Shown here in pieces: positions 1 through 14,092 of a stretch of 64,000 bases of DNA (positions are counted from its first letter, which is position 1; the number at the start of each line of letters is the position of its first letter). Location: assembly GCA_051362555.1 (NCBI GenBank), contig CM120642.1, positions 15,190,001-15,254,000 of the forward strand, in the 5' to 3' direction. The notes beneath the pieces were generated by a model. It ran no database searches and was not told the origin of the DNA. It saw only the letters and a program-made list of their open reading frames with translations. A program made the translations under genes and the position numbers. This DNA comes from Lingula anatina. Lineage: Eukaryota; Animalia; Brachiopoda.

Positions 1-722
1 CAATAGGCGTCATATGGTATCCATGCATCTCTCTGACGGTATTGCTTTAGTTTATCATTAGTTTATCATTTTTAACCTATGTATATCGGTACAAAATATG
101 TGACACCCACCGCTGTTTCAAACATTCCATTGAGTCTACGCGAGGACAGAGTACTTGTGAACACTTGCAAATTATTTTGTACAAGTAGGTAATGATATTG
201 TTTTTGCATAATATTCAGAAATGACTTGGTTCAAATATTTTTCCATGTATCCAAGCGATGTGTTAACTAGAAAAGTGTCAGCATAAGTGGTTATAATTTG
301 AATCTTTAAAAAAAAAAGAAGAAAGAATGAATGAATTATGAAAGTTTGTGTTGCAGTATCGCTTTTAACGTACATAACATACTTGGTGCATGCATATGCG
401 CGTCATTATCTGGGGAAAGGTCCATTAGTAACACTTGATCCTGTCTAAGTGGATTACTGAAAAGGATTTACTGTAAGTAGTGACGATAAAGATAATGTTG
501 GCAGTATTTCAGGTGTTCATGAATCACCTAACCAATGCCGACTTTTTGAAATAAATTGCAAATATTCTGAAATTGTTGATTAAGGCTGCTTTCTGCTTAC
601 CTTTCAAATTGTCAAGCAGTTACAGGTATAACATTATAAGAGTCCCGATGCCAAAAACAAAGTTGGATTTAAAAAAAACGACCTGACAGTGTAAACTCTC
701 GTCTGTACGTATGACGGGTCAT

Positions 723-869
723 CAGGGCCCCGTAACTCGAAAGCATTGCGAATTGCGACCGAGCGCAAGCGTCTCTATTCTGTAACTCGCTCATACCCGC
801 CTCATGTAATACATAGTAGCCTCCATGTGATAGAGTTATTCGCAAATACTTTCGAGTTACGGGACCCTG
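723..869. mobile_element. MITE-like element (~147 bp) with ~31-bp terminal inverted repeats
   Basis: Left end CAGGGCCCCGTAACTCGAAAGCATTGCGAAT matches the reverse complement of the right end (CAGGGTCCCGTAACTCGAAAGTATTTGCGAAT) with about 3 differences. No coding capacity; target-site duplication (TSD) unclear. Confidence 0.7.
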
Positions 870-1507
870 GGATTAACAGCACATTCTAGCAATATTGATG
901 AGCACGGTCAGCTACAATCCAGCAACAGAACTCGAGTTTCGAATCTCTTTTCATCCCAAAGAGCCCAATTAAGTGATGAATAGCCCAGAAATCATAAAAG
1001 ATCAGTCTTCATTGTAGCCGTGGCAGTTGGAGTTTCATCCCATCGATCTGAAATGACTTTAGGCTTTCTGTCAATACCCATTCTCAATTTATATCCGTCG
1101 TTGATAAGAAATATATCTTTACGAATAAAATAACACGTTTCCTTGTGAACCTCAGTTTATTACACTATATGATTGTCTTAAGGCTGCTGCACTCAGTCCC
1201 CATCTGGGATAATAATAAGAATAATATTTTATTTAAGTCTAAAATCCGCTTAATATAACATGTTTGGTAGACTTTAAACAAAACAAGTGCTTTACAACAT
1301 AATTACCAAGACATAAAAATTTTAAAAGAATAACAAAGATTAACATTTTACATTACATCAGCCTAATTTTCATAAACCAATTACAATTAAAATGAACAAT
1401 AAATTATTGTAAAAAGACATGTTTTTAAATCCTTTTATAATTATCAGTTGATTCAATTGAGCGGATTTCAATTGGTATCATATTCGATTCCATTGGATTT
1501 GGAATAA

Positions 1508-2140
1508 AGCCCAGATAACATTTGCCATGCGGTGCTCGTATACTGCTCTTGAATCCCATTTCGTGTGGCGTCTGTGTGGAGGCAGGTAGTGGTCGTGCGA
1601 AATCGTACAAATCGCACGGATTTGCCTCCAAAGCCTCTATGAATTTCACAAATTTAAAACTTTTGACAAAACTTTAACATCGCGTAATAGACCGTAGTAT
1701 TATCGTATATGACAACGGAGGTCCCGTTCGGGCTTTGTTCAGTGGTCTTGCGGCGACCGTGATTCTTGTTGTTCTTTTCAACCATTTTTGGAAGGCATAA
1801 CGATAGTACCGATGTTTTAACTGGCGTGTGTACTTTTTGCATGTATTTGATTTGTGCTTTTCCTTCTTACCTCATGGGTTGAAAATCGTAGGGCACTGCA
1901 CCGTCAAAGCGTCAATCTGCAAAAAAACCGCACTGAAGGCGTGCGGCAACTTTCGAAAAGGGCTCCGTACGACCACTTTTCAGCCGAAAAGCCGATTTCC
2001 CCCGTGACCTCAAGGACATGTCGTAGAAATATCACGGCACCCACCATGTAAAGGAGCACGACACTGCTACTCACGATGTCAGAAATATCGTACGTGAAAT
2101 CGAAGACTGTACTGCGCCGGTGGCAAATGTAATCTAGGCT
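1508..2140. mobile_element. Non-autonomous PIF/Harbinger-type DNA transposon (633 bp)
   Basis: TIRs AGCCCAGATAACATTTGCCA and (rc) AGCCTAGATTACATTTGCCA, flanked on both sides by TAA (1505-1507, 2141-2143), the typical Harbinger TSD. Interior is GC-richer than the flanks. Confidence 0.75.
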
Positions 2141-2418
2141 TAAGCCATAGTGGTACCTTTGACCAATTATAGGCACAGTGGGCTATATGATATAATATGA
2201 TTTTATATAATAAAAAAACATCATGTTTCCTTGGCCCTGTGTTTGACTACCGGTGCGTGGAAATTGCATGGGTATTTGATGGAATGCTTGTACAAGAATT
2301 CAAATACATTCAAATTAGTTAAATCCTTTTTTGTCCCATAGTTAGCAACTTTCATTGACTCTCTGTCTCTCCTTATGGTAATAAACTATTTATGTTATGT
2401 TGGTCCCGTGAACGAAGA

Positions 2419-5400
2419 TCAAAACATCCCCACATCTTGTAAGTTTTGCCGTATGAACACAGCCATTGACGCGTCAAATACAAAGTTAATATTTGATGTG
2501 TCTGTTGCATTTGTGTAATGTACGTAAATCTCTTTCTTGGTCCTGGCTAATCCTTCAAACTTTTTTCTGATATAATTTGCCGCCTCATCAAAAGTGTTCT
2601 TTCCTAAAATTAAGGAAAAATAAATTACTGTACAACAAAATGTCATAAAAAGGGATATTTAGACACTTTTAAAAACAGCAGCACTGTTGTGTAACGAAAA
2701 AGGTTTCTATACAACTAATGCATAGCATATATGCTTCCGTCGCATGTGTTATTGATGACAATCTAAGAATTAGAGCAATCAACAAAAATAATAGTCACCA
2801 TTGAAATGTCGTGTTTGCACATTAACCGATTTGTGCACATGTACATCTACTATTACCAAAATGTTATCTTTAAGGAAACGATCTTGTCACAAGAATAGCT
2901 GTCACTACAAGCAGGATATGTATACAGATGTACTCTTACTCGCCGTATCAATCAAGGTGAAGATCTTATTCTTTATATCTTTTCATGAATTTAGCCTAAG
3001 AATAAAGATGGTATCGTGGAGACGAATGGTCGTTGGATTGTGATGCATCGTAACCGAACAATACATGTATGATTACATGCAGTTTCCGTGTGGTTCGACC
3101 AAAACTTCAAAAGTGCCAAACCCAGGTTATGACCTTCCATATAGGCTGATAAAGAGCGCCTGGAGAGCGTTATTGAAAGGCGATTTTACTTATTTTTGGG
3201 TTAAAGTGATTATCAATACCCACAACTCTACTCACGGGCGCCATTCAACCCGACTATATGCCCTACAACACATGCACGTACCTTGGTAGTTTTTGAAGCA
3301 AGCACTGAGTGGTGAAGTCAAGATCTTCTTTTCGAAAATATCTTTTTTGTTGAGTAGGAGAATCATGGGTGTCTTTTGAAAAAGCGCATAATTGCAAATG
3401 GAGCTAAAAAGGCACATGCTCTCATGCATACGGTTCTGGAAAATAAGATGAAAATAATTGGATCATACTCAGAGAGTTGACTGCAATGGATGACGGCCGG
3501 ATAGGAGCCATTATCTTTCAATAAAAAATGACAGTCATGTGCGTGAATTACTTAGTACCATACCTCACGTTTTGATAACTATAAATAAGGTGTGAAACCG
3601 TTTTCACCAAACACATAATGGTTGCACATCCTGTGAAAATAAGATGCTATTATCTCAAGTTATAAGGTGTGCAATTTCCCACTGATATACGCTACGTTTG
3701 ACTTCTATGCGTAGAGTAAGCTATAAATATATGATATAGGCTTTATAAAGACATTAATGTATTTCAAAAGCGGATCCAGGTACCAGTATATAGGTGATAT
3801 ACATAATGCCGCGTGAACTGAGGCTTTTATTTTTCCACCCATGCGTTAACACCTCACGCTCCATCAAAAGTCAAATTTAGTGCAGGTAACCAGTGGCGGA
3901 TTTAGAGGAGGGGGGGTCAGGGGGGTACTGACACCCCCCCCCCCCCCCTTCGATTTCTGGTCCCTTCTTGAAATTAGAATTTTGATTAGCTAAATCCTAG
4001 TTCTAAACCGCACCAAATGGTACCGTTCGCCCTCTAAAATACCAAAGTATCATCGGGCCACTAACCCTACTCCAAGTGGTGGGGGGGGGGGTCGGCTTGA
4101 CATCCGCGGACCCCCTTCAAATAATCCTGGATCCACCCCTGGGTAACTAAGTATATTCCCTTACCACTGCACTGTCTTCTACGAGTACTTGGTCGTATTC
4201 ACTTAACGCACAGGTGAACAAAATGGCCGTCACATTATCGAAGACGTGTATCCATTTTCGCCGCTCTGACCTTTGGCCCCCTACATCAAACAATCTGAAA
4301 AGAATACACGCGTTTTTGTTTCTTTTTACTAAAAAAAACCAAGTAAAACATAACTAAAAATGTGAATAAGACATGCGTATTTTACTGTAAGTGATCCTTG
4401 TACCAAAACTTGACGATCTTGCCAAAAAAGAATCATACTTAATACAGTACTTTAAATATTAGATACTCACTTGAAGTTAAAGCCCCTTAATGGGAACACA
4501 GTTTGTATGATTCCTGTGGTCCGCACTCGGGCTCTTAGGACATCTTGTTCATTCGGGATGTAGCCGGGTAAGGAAATGCGGTCTACGTTGTCGAAGTAGC
4601 TACGAAGTTAGCAGGGGTTAAAATGCATATTGATCTAAACTTCCAACTTATGTGACTTAGGTTACTATGTATGATGCCTTTATTTATTCCAACATTAACT
4701 TCAGTACAATATCTATTAACTCTCTTAAATATCGTTCTCGTCTTTAAGGCTTTAGTAGCTAACTCAACACCATTCCTTTACAATCAGGAACATAGATACC
4801 GTTTTTTCATCACTTACTATTGAGCTGAATCACCGATGTGGAACTCCGACGCGCGCTTAAAGGCTTCTTGAACTCCTGCGTCTGACCAAAGTGTTTTGAT
4901 GGCATCCGCCACTGACGGTAACAGGCAACCGACATCTTGCTTTATTAATGGGGCATACTTCAGCACGATGTTTGCATCGATCTACAAAGAGTAGTCTTAA
5001 CATATATTTCGAAACAAACTTCAGAAACGGGTCCGTAGCCAGCAATTTCAAAGGGAGTTCTTTTTCTGAAAAAGTGGACCTTTTGCCACAAAATCCCAAT
5101 ATGTACCTGGATCTAATTTTATCCAGAGTGGGTTCTTTCGAATCCCCCCCACCCCACCCCCCGGCTACGGGCCTGAGAAATTAAGAAGCGACTATCGATA
5201 AATTGGCACTGATATAAAACATACATGTATAAATAAAACATAAATGGGATTAATCCGACTGTCGGTGGTATTCCGGACTTGATTAGCCGCATGCCGAGTT
5301 CAACGATTTAAGCTACGTGGGAGAACAAAATGCTTGATAAACACGTATAAGAGGTTTAGTTTAAGGCCATCGCCACGGGAATTTTTTCCGGCCAAAATTA

Positions 5401-8400
5401 AATTTCCTGGTAAAGCGCATTTTTTTCTACTTACGAATAATTGCTTAACTCGTTCTTGCACATGGATTCGATGTTTTATTCAATTATCTAATACTTTACG
5501 GGGGCGGTCTTGTTTTTGTGTTAAGGGGAAGCTGATTGTGCCTTTATAGATAACCAGATCATTCGATCATGTGACCTATTTCAACTGGCCGTTCTAAAAA
5601 AAGGATTGTTTGTTTTTAGGAAAAGTAAATGCTTTCCCCAAAATTTAAACTTAATTATCTTTTAAAGGGGAATAGATTGGTTAATTTTATGCATATACAT
5701 AAAACAGAACGCTTCTGCGATCCAAATCACCGTTTTTCTTCAAGTAGTACATTCTGGAAGACCCGGAAAAAGAGCAAATCATTTTTCCAAAATTACTTAT
5801 CTCAATTATTTTTAGGAAAGCGACTTGATTTATTTATATTTATATGTAGTAATGGGAAACACCAACCTCGAACCTCATACCTCGTCCGTATTGGCTAAAA
5901 AGCATCGCAACAAAGTACATACTGGTATAATGTAATGAGGCTCACTAATTGAGGAAATAATCGCACCCAAGATAGTGTCAAAGGATTTGCTTTGTTCTTC
6001 ATTTTTAACTTTCAGTTATGAAGTTGTTATTACAGGAGGTTCAAAAGGAAGTTTTCCCAGAACGAATGATTTTCACTGCAGAAGCATTTATATCATTTAT
6101 ATAAAATGTCTACCAAAATGTCTCACAAAAGTTCAGAAATCAAACCAGGATTAGAATGAATTTTGATGTTGGAAAAATTATCAAAACAAATTGGTAAAAA
6201 AGAACAAAATCTGTCACACTTATTTTAGAAATGCGTCAACCTGGTATTTCGTATGCCTGGATTTTCACTGATATTTTTTCTCATTCCATTGTTCACGCAA
6301 AGCAATCAGGAACAGAAGTGGTTTAAAGTGTCTCACCATGCCCACGAGGCAAGGGAGCGACATGTGAACTATATGGTATATGGTGGTTGCAGTGCCACTG
6401 AAGGCAAACAAAATGACCATGCTTCAGAGGTTTGGAAATATATACTGCATGTTCTTGGCTCAGCTCATTTTATGTTTTTTATCAACACACTTTGTAATTG
6501 CTCTAAAAAGGCAGGTTGCTCAGCCATTCGAACATATTGTAAATAGAACTCTAAAACACTCCATTTTGCATTGCAATTGAACGTTTCGGAGGTAATGACA
6601 TAAACTAATACAAAGTTAATGGATGGCTGTTCATATATTGCAGTCATACGTCACACACGTTTTTTATTATCTTTTCTTGAGATGCCATTGTTATTGCAAT
6701 ATCTCTGCTTGAATTGCCTTTACCTGATGTTAAATGTACAGAAATATAGAAAAGAAAGATATCCAGTATAGCAATAGCGGGTTACAGCCAGAAAAGCTCC
6801 AACAATAATTATTGGATCTTGTTTTTTTTCTAAGATGTCGTGACAGAAATGGTAGTCCTTGGGTGACATATAATCATAACAGGCCATGGCTAGCTGGTGG
6901 TATCGGCGTCAGTAAATGGGGCTAATGTCGAGTGTTTAAAGTGATGGAGAACGGGCTACTATGTATAGTGCCTATGTATACCTAAAAAAAATTCAAGTTA
7001 ATTTCACCCACCTCTCGTGTTTCATGTTCCAATGGTATCTGTAGCTTTTTCATCGCATGCAATATACAGCACATGTTCTCCACTAAATTGTCCACTATTT
7101 GTGCTCTGTAAAAACATCGGTCCTCGTCCGTGAATCCATTCATGTGGATAATCCTGGGAGGAAATACACATAATATTTGTCATCAAACGATTGTCACAAT
7201 GCCTAGGGTTATTGTTGACATGTGTAAAAGTGATGGAGGAAATACACAAAAAAGTCACATTCGGAGTAACTGAACTAGTAATTTTTGACTTGCATTCATT
7301 GAGTATATAATGTACCTGATCAGCAGCTATGCTCAAATTAGCTGTTTTCATCGACAAATAAGCTGCTTTCCAAACTGCTGTGAGACTGTAACTCGTCAAA
7401 TTAGTTATAATTACGGAAATTGGAATATGATTAACAAGTAGAGTGTGATTTACCAATACAATTTTTTTTGTCTTTGTCATATTGTGCATTTTTGTATATA
7501 GGAAATATGTGCCCGAACATTCATCCTTGCGCAATTTTGTTGTGACAGAATTACCTCATAATATGACAATTATTTCGGCAATATTAAAACGGATAAGGGA
7601 AACATAGCAACGTGTTGAACCAATACAACAACATTGCACCCGTTGACCTACTTCACATATTTCAAATGAACTATTGCATTCCAGCTTATACCTGTCATTA
7701 TTTCAACAAATAACATAAATCAATGATTCACATCACAGAGAGGCGAATAAAGTATATAAAAAAAGACAGAGAGAGTGACCGCCGGAGGAAATGATACGAA
7801 GCCTATTGCCATTGTCGATGCGACAAAATCAATTGCTTTATACTCACTTCATTTGCTTTGCGAAGGTGCTCTTTCCAGACTCCGCTGCGCCTAGTTAAGA
7901 ACAAATATAGATCTACATATACTGTACGAAAAAAAATAATGCAAAAAAAAAAAAAAAAACTTCACGATATTCTGTGTCACAAAATTGTTTTCTTCTTTTT
8001 ACATGGGAGAGGCTAAGCAATCAGGTATTTGTAGCTGGCACTAGAGAAGAAAGCCTGAAGATATCAAGGCTTTTTATGATCGATACTTCAGTTTCCTTCA
8101 GCATGGTATCGAACTACATGTAATTTATCATATATCATATATGAACGCCATCAGAAACATGGCTATCTAAAAGCAAACTGCAATTTGAGAAAACTCTGTG
8201 TATTTTAGATGAATGTTATCCATATTTACTGTATAACGGTACGTAGCTCTCAATTATTAAACATGGACTGAAATTAACATGGAAGGTAGACCGTGGATCT
8301 GTTCATTCATTCAGAGTATTTACATATTGGAAGTGCAATGCTAAAAGCGGTAGCCGATCATGTATGGAATTTAATTTGAACAATTAAAAAGACAGCTGAA

Positions 8401-10402
8401 TGCCTTCAGTCTTCCAATTAAAAAATGAAAAATTGTCCAATTTTATCGGTTTCAGCCATTTTCAGTTGCGTATTGTATGATAACAATCTACTTAATAGTA
8501 AACAAACGGGCATATATCATGTAACGTGCGAGAAAAAAGGTACTTATCAATACCCTAGATATTATCTTAAGTGCCCATGTGTGTATTTTCAAGCGCGAGG
8601 TAAGATGTCGAAATAACTCCTAAATTTATAGAATTAATAACTCCATACAAGTTGTTTACATTTTCGATTGAAAAATACTGTGTAGTATCCGAGAGCCCAC
8701 ATGGCATATATTCACTGTTGATTGCCTTTATATCAACCACACGTGCACTTTACTGATCTATTTTCTACTACCTCCGTTGTAGCCGTAGCCATTAATTGCA
8801 AGCTTCAATTGATCTGATCGAGTAGGAAATGGCATCAGTATACGTTGTATATACCAGAGTCCATTTTTATTGCTTCATCGCGCTACTGCTCCTACCATAA
8901 ACGACGTGTAACTGGTTCGTGGTCGCAAATTCTCTTTGTTTAAGAAACTCTATTGTACTGAAAACGTGAGCACTAAAGACCAAGTTTAAACACAAATAAA
9001 TAAACAAATACACTAGTTTCTTCACAACTTCTGGTAGTCAGATGGTCAGCTGCCCACGTTACCAAACGATCTTGACACTGTGCACTTGCCTTGCCGTAAT
9101 ATATAGGTTGCAGATGGTAAAAATATAATGAACCTGTGGCAGATGAAAAAAAAGCCAACAAAATCAAAAATCTTTGCTTATTTATTTGTTTATCTATTCT
9201 ACTTTTTTTCATATGCAATGTGATATAGTCTTTATACGGTAATGTACTCATTAAGATTCATTTCCTTTGCCTGTCTTTCTCGGTTTGGCACACGTTGCAA
9301 TACCGAATATTCACAATAAAAAGAACTACTCATCCAATGCATATCCGTCCCTAGGGTAGCCATTCTTGGCTTGCCAGGAAATTGGCAATCACGTAATCAT
9401 GTTAACTTACAAGGTAATTCCAGCCTTACAGTGTATGTACATATATATACTACAGCGCCACAAAGGCAGAACACGTATAAGAAGATACAGTGTAATATAG
9501 AACAATGCTTAGACACCTGTCCCTAGAGTCGTTCAACAGCGCGATATAACCGTCACTTTTTCAGACATTCGGATCTGCTATCGACTTTTTAACCTTGATC
9601 ATGTACCATAGAGAATTATATGTACGTCCGGCATCAATCTCCACGTAATCGGTTTCGCATTTAAATACACGGAATGCAGGTACGGTTATGTGGAGAAATA
9701 ATATGAGATTATAAAAAAGGTGACAAATATTATTCCTGACCCTTTGAGAAAATATCAACTATCGACACAAAGGGGAAGAAAAAGACAGTGATCTTTGATG
9801 TTTTATTTTGATAATAAAACAAACCTATCTTATCTTTAAACTTTAGACGCCTTCAGAGTTGGTCGGAGACAAAAAAAGAAATAAAAAGAAACGTGTATGG
9901 AGCATTGAACTATATACTCGGAGGAAATAAAGCATGTATTTTTGACAGTATGCATGGTCTTGACATTCACTTAAATTACGTGACATTATTTGTATGATAC
10001 TGAAATAGGCTAGCATCAAGAAACCTAAACACCTTGTGCGTGCTGTGACACCAAAACTGCAACAGAAAAAATCTTTCAAAACCGAAACTCGCACTTAATT
10101 AAGTTTACTTTTAGTTCTGAATTAAAAACTTCTCTTAACGTAGTCATGCAAAAATTTCGAGAAGGTGAGCTTACGAAAACTAAAAGCATATTGGTTTCTC
10201 CCCTAGCTCATAAAGCAAAGAGACACATTTACACAACAGTGAAAGTCCAAGTTGTCCGGGAAATTGCCCGTCACTTACCTAAAAGAAGTAGTTTTACTGA
10301 TTGAGCTTCTTCGAGTTTGCTGCGTTGAAGGTATTCTTCAATAGCCTCATTTTGCTTTTGCTGCACCTTGGTCGCACGCTGGACGCTCACAGGAACCCCC
10401 AT
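2419..10402 (-). CDS. Heterotrimeric G-protein alpha subunit, divergent Gi/o-class, 356 aa, 8 coding exons
   Basis: Exons (minus strand): 10402-10279, 7890-7848, 7153-7012, 4981-4818, 4599-4471, 4294-4165, 3435-3282, 2603-2419. All introns GT-AG; total 1071 nt in an open frame. Exon sizes 43/142/129/130/154 match the conserved GNAI/GNAO structure. Motifs: [59 protein letters not shown]-terminus [11 protein letters not shown]. Confidence 0.95.
3891..4141. mobile_element. MITE (251 bp) in G-alpha intron 6
   Basis: Ends CAGTGGCGGAT and (rc) CAGGGGTGGAT; internal poly-G/poly-C tracts; 6-bp direct repeat GGTAAC on both flanks (3885-3890, 4142-4147). Confidence 0.75.
5028..5175. mobile_element. 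148-bp MITE, family shared with 14093-14240
   Basis: TIRs C(A/G)GG(C/T)CCGTAGCC...GGCTACGGGCCTG; 5-bp TSD AGAAA; interior aligns with the reverse complement of 14093-14240. Confidence 0.8.
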
Positions 10403-13111
10403 GGTGAATTGGTGGGTGAATAACTAGGATATGGTCTTATTTTAAACAGAAATCATTGAGGTAAGTTGTTGATTTTAATAGCACCTCAAGGATGCGTCCA
10501 CGATGTTTTAAATTCTACAAGTGTGCGCGTGAGATTTGTAGGACAAGATTTACAGTTGTGCATTTTAGGACAAGGCTGAATATATAGTCACGACAATATC
10601 TCTGTGCACATTTATTGGGCTGAACAGATACGCTAAAGTTGTGCTGTTACGCACAAAACAAGCATGCGAACCTAGTGTTGGCGTGACAGAAATAGTAGTC
10701 CGCCAGGAATCGGAGTCCGTTCCCCATTACTTTGTACAGGTGACATTCATCCCATACACTAACCCCAATACTCCTACTAACCCTATAACTTGCACTAAAC
10801 ATAAAGGACCCCGACTTCCATTCCTAGGACTACCATTCCTATCACGGCTGTCAAATGAACGGAAAAAAGGTTTAAGTTTTAACAACAAATCAGACACAGT
10901 GCACGTCGCTGCTAGTAACTACTTTTGCTACACGAAGCGATGCAGAATTCATTTGGTTTTGTCGCTAATAGCAATAGGCTTATAGGTGTTTTGATAATAA
11001 ACTTTTGAGTGTCCCAATTACCACTATCATATCGAATGGAGTAGCGAAATTACGTAACCAATGATACAGATGCATGGAACATTTCAACACAGACTTTTAA
11101 TATTTTGTTAAAAAATGCTAATTTTATGACTGGCTTACTATGAACGCAACAATATTGATTGAATATATTTCATGGGGGGAGGGGAGGGGGGACCACCCGG
11201 TAGGGGAGTGCATTCCCAAACTGGAAGTAGGTTGAGTTACTGTGATTTTGCTAAATTGCTTTTTCACTTTGTCGGCTGTTATTGCATGACCTTAATCTCA
11301 AGCGACCTAAAACTCAGATAAATGAGGAACACTCAAATAGCAATTAATCCATGTGAATTTTTTATATCGAAACCCGCCTGTCTTGCATCCCCGGGAGTAT
11401 GTGCGCATATGCCTATACAAAGAGCAGAAGTCACTTAGCGTGACAGTTATTGGAATGGTATAGATAAGACTATTTTTCATATTGTACGTGCTGCAACATG
11501 ATCAAAATAAGAGGTTCTTCCTTATGCATACTAGTACATGTAGCAACCACCCCCCACGCCAAGCAAGATATATATATATATATAAGTGCATTGTTTCTAA
11601 GAACATCAACTGAGAGCATACATATCATCATCGCGGGTTTACTAAAATGCATAATATGTTTTTTTTTCTTTTACTCTTCCAATCGATCTCAACATATTCC
11701 ACCTTCAAGGCATTCTCTGATTGATCTCAAATTTACAAGGAAGTATTCATACCTTTGATTAGTCATGTCCAGATGTTAAAACATGACGTATTGATTTAAT
11801 TTTGTGGTAGACAATAGCAACACTCATATTTGCATACCACACAAGTTCAACAACTCCACTTCTATCCGCAATTAAACGTTACGAGAGGAACATGCATTTT
11901 AATTTGCATATATGTGTACACACTTCACATACTGACCTGTATCTCTGGCAATATACTCGTCTAATTTGGCAGTTAGAATTACTTCAAAATTTCGACTTCG
12001 GTATTCCTTAAGTAGGCCTACTTCGATAATCCTCCTGACACGGTGTCACAAGTAACTGTTGTGTGTGCTCACACACGAGTATTTTGAGGCCCGTTCCTAG
12101 GAAAAAAAAACAGAAGCACGTGTTATAGCAATGGTAGGTATTATACGATATATTAGGTATATATAGCCTATATACAGACCTCCTTAAAGTATCCATTCGA
12201 AAGTGAAAGGTGTACAGTGTAAGCTCATGCACTCTTTAGTTGAGGCCCATTGCTACGACAAAATTCCAGAAGCACGATTAATAGACACGATATAAATTAG
12301 CAATGCGTCCATGTGACACAGTGTTCTAAATTTACCTCGCATGTTCACTTCTTCACGAATTCCTGCCCGATCCTCTTAGCATACACAGTATATATAATAA
12401 AAGGTCGTTTGCGTTCAAATTAAAAGTTAACAACTTGGGCCACCTGTTCATGAGACAGCAAATTGCATTTTTATAGAATATACGCATAATATTTAATCTA
12501 TTGAAAATATTCTTATATGGCAAATGCTCTAGACGATCCAATAAACAAAAATTGGTCTAAGACCCGCTTTGGAGGACAGACTCTTGCCTGCTTTACCCAA
12601 GCAATTACACCGAAATTCTCCCCCATCGAGCACTGTGCTGAAGAGAGATAGCAGAGAGGTTGCAATCAAGCCTTCATGGGATTGCGCCTGAGAGATTTTT
12701 GTTTTGTCGATTAAAACTTTTAGTTTTCGTAAGCTCACCTTTTGAGTTTTATGACTCAGCCCAGCATTTTGGCTGCGGTTGTACAAATAAAATAATTCAG
12801 TGTAAATCTGTTGTTTGATCGTAGTATAAAAGAGTCCATCAAAAAAGGAGTCCAAAAAAGCTGAGATAAGAGATCGTATAATTAAATACCACAATTTCTT
12901 GTGCCGTGCAAAAAAAAAAAATTAAAAAAAATTAGCATAATTTAGAATACAAACCTGCGAAAGCAACCGTTTGCGTGTATCAGCTCCTCCGTAGCATCAG
13001 AAGTCTCAGTCACTATATTTACCTGGACGTGTATTACATGTTGTCAGTATCACGTCACATGTTTTTATCTTACTTCCGTCTATTTGATCACTTAAGTACT
13101 GTAATCGCATA

Positions 13112-13114
<3 letters not shown>

Positions 13115-13161
<47 letters not shown>
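13115..13161. repeat. (TA)n microsatellite
   Basis: Pure TA dinucleotide run of about 23 units. Confidence 0.95.
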
Positions 13162-13164
<3 letters not shown>

Positions 13165-14092
13165 TCTTACGACGAATAACACGCACTAATTCCTTCACTG
13201 CAATTCTAGACTACATGTAGATTGCTAGAGCAAAGTCAGAGCTGCTCAGTCAATTCTTGCGAACTGCAGTGTTATACTGGATCTCCCAATTTTTGAATCG
13301 CAGGTTTCATAATTGTCGATAAAATAACTATCCTTGCACCGATATCATTGACTGATGATATTCATTTTAAGTTCTCCTCCCTCTCTGCTCTTTCTCGATC
13401 TCTCATCCGAATATGAAAAGGATCCTCCTCTCTCTGCAAGTGACAGGAAATGTACGGCATTAAATGATTGCTTGCGTTGATCTCTAACAGCTGCGGAGAC
13501 TGTTGGATTATTAACACAATGATATATTACGTCAGAGAAATGAGCAGTGTAATACACATGTAGCATAGCGCTCTTTGCGTTTTATTTTGAAATTATTGTG
13601 GTTATTTTTGGCGTCTCTGGGCCAGACGTATAATACCATCACTTAACTGTTTGACATATCTCTGATCTCATCATTTTTAAACCTTAATGTAACCGCTTAT
13701 ATTTTTGGTAAAGACTTCTTCCTTTCCTTCTAAAGCATGATGACAAAACCTGAATTCAAATTTACATTCAATGTCAAGTGCATATCATCTACGATGACAT
13801 ATCGACAACAGCATGAAATAACAGTCTAGAAATATCCTGCTACATTAGTCTTCCTTATTGTGTTTGTTGAGGTGAAGTACACTAGTACTGCAGTAGGGTT
13901 TATTTCGCCGTTTTTTATTATGCGCTTATAAGTGAAGTAAGATGCAGTCGACAAAAATTGATACATTTTTTATATTACCATGTGCTCAGTACAATGTGAG
14001 TTTCATGGAGAAGTAAAAAAAAATAACGTTTCACCCTAAACAAACTTTATGAACATGTACATGTAGAACACATATCGTGCTGATAAAATATA

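Noticed and set aside
7022-7534. 170-aa minus-strand ORF (longest in the track)
   Set aside because: It overlaps G-alpha exon 3 in a different frame plus intron sequence and shows no recognisable domain; a chance ORF.
2419-10402. Calling the G-alpha a bona fide Gv (GNAV) because of GAAES
   Set aside because: Exon sizes, [20 protein letters not shown] and the DxGxF tail are Gi/o-like; class cannot be fixed without a phylogeny, so no symbol is given.
10690-10840. Possible inverted-repeat element with TAACCC-like core upstream of the G-alpha start
   Set aside because: The inverted match (TAGTCC..GGAATCGGAGTCC) is too short and degenerate, and no TSD was found.
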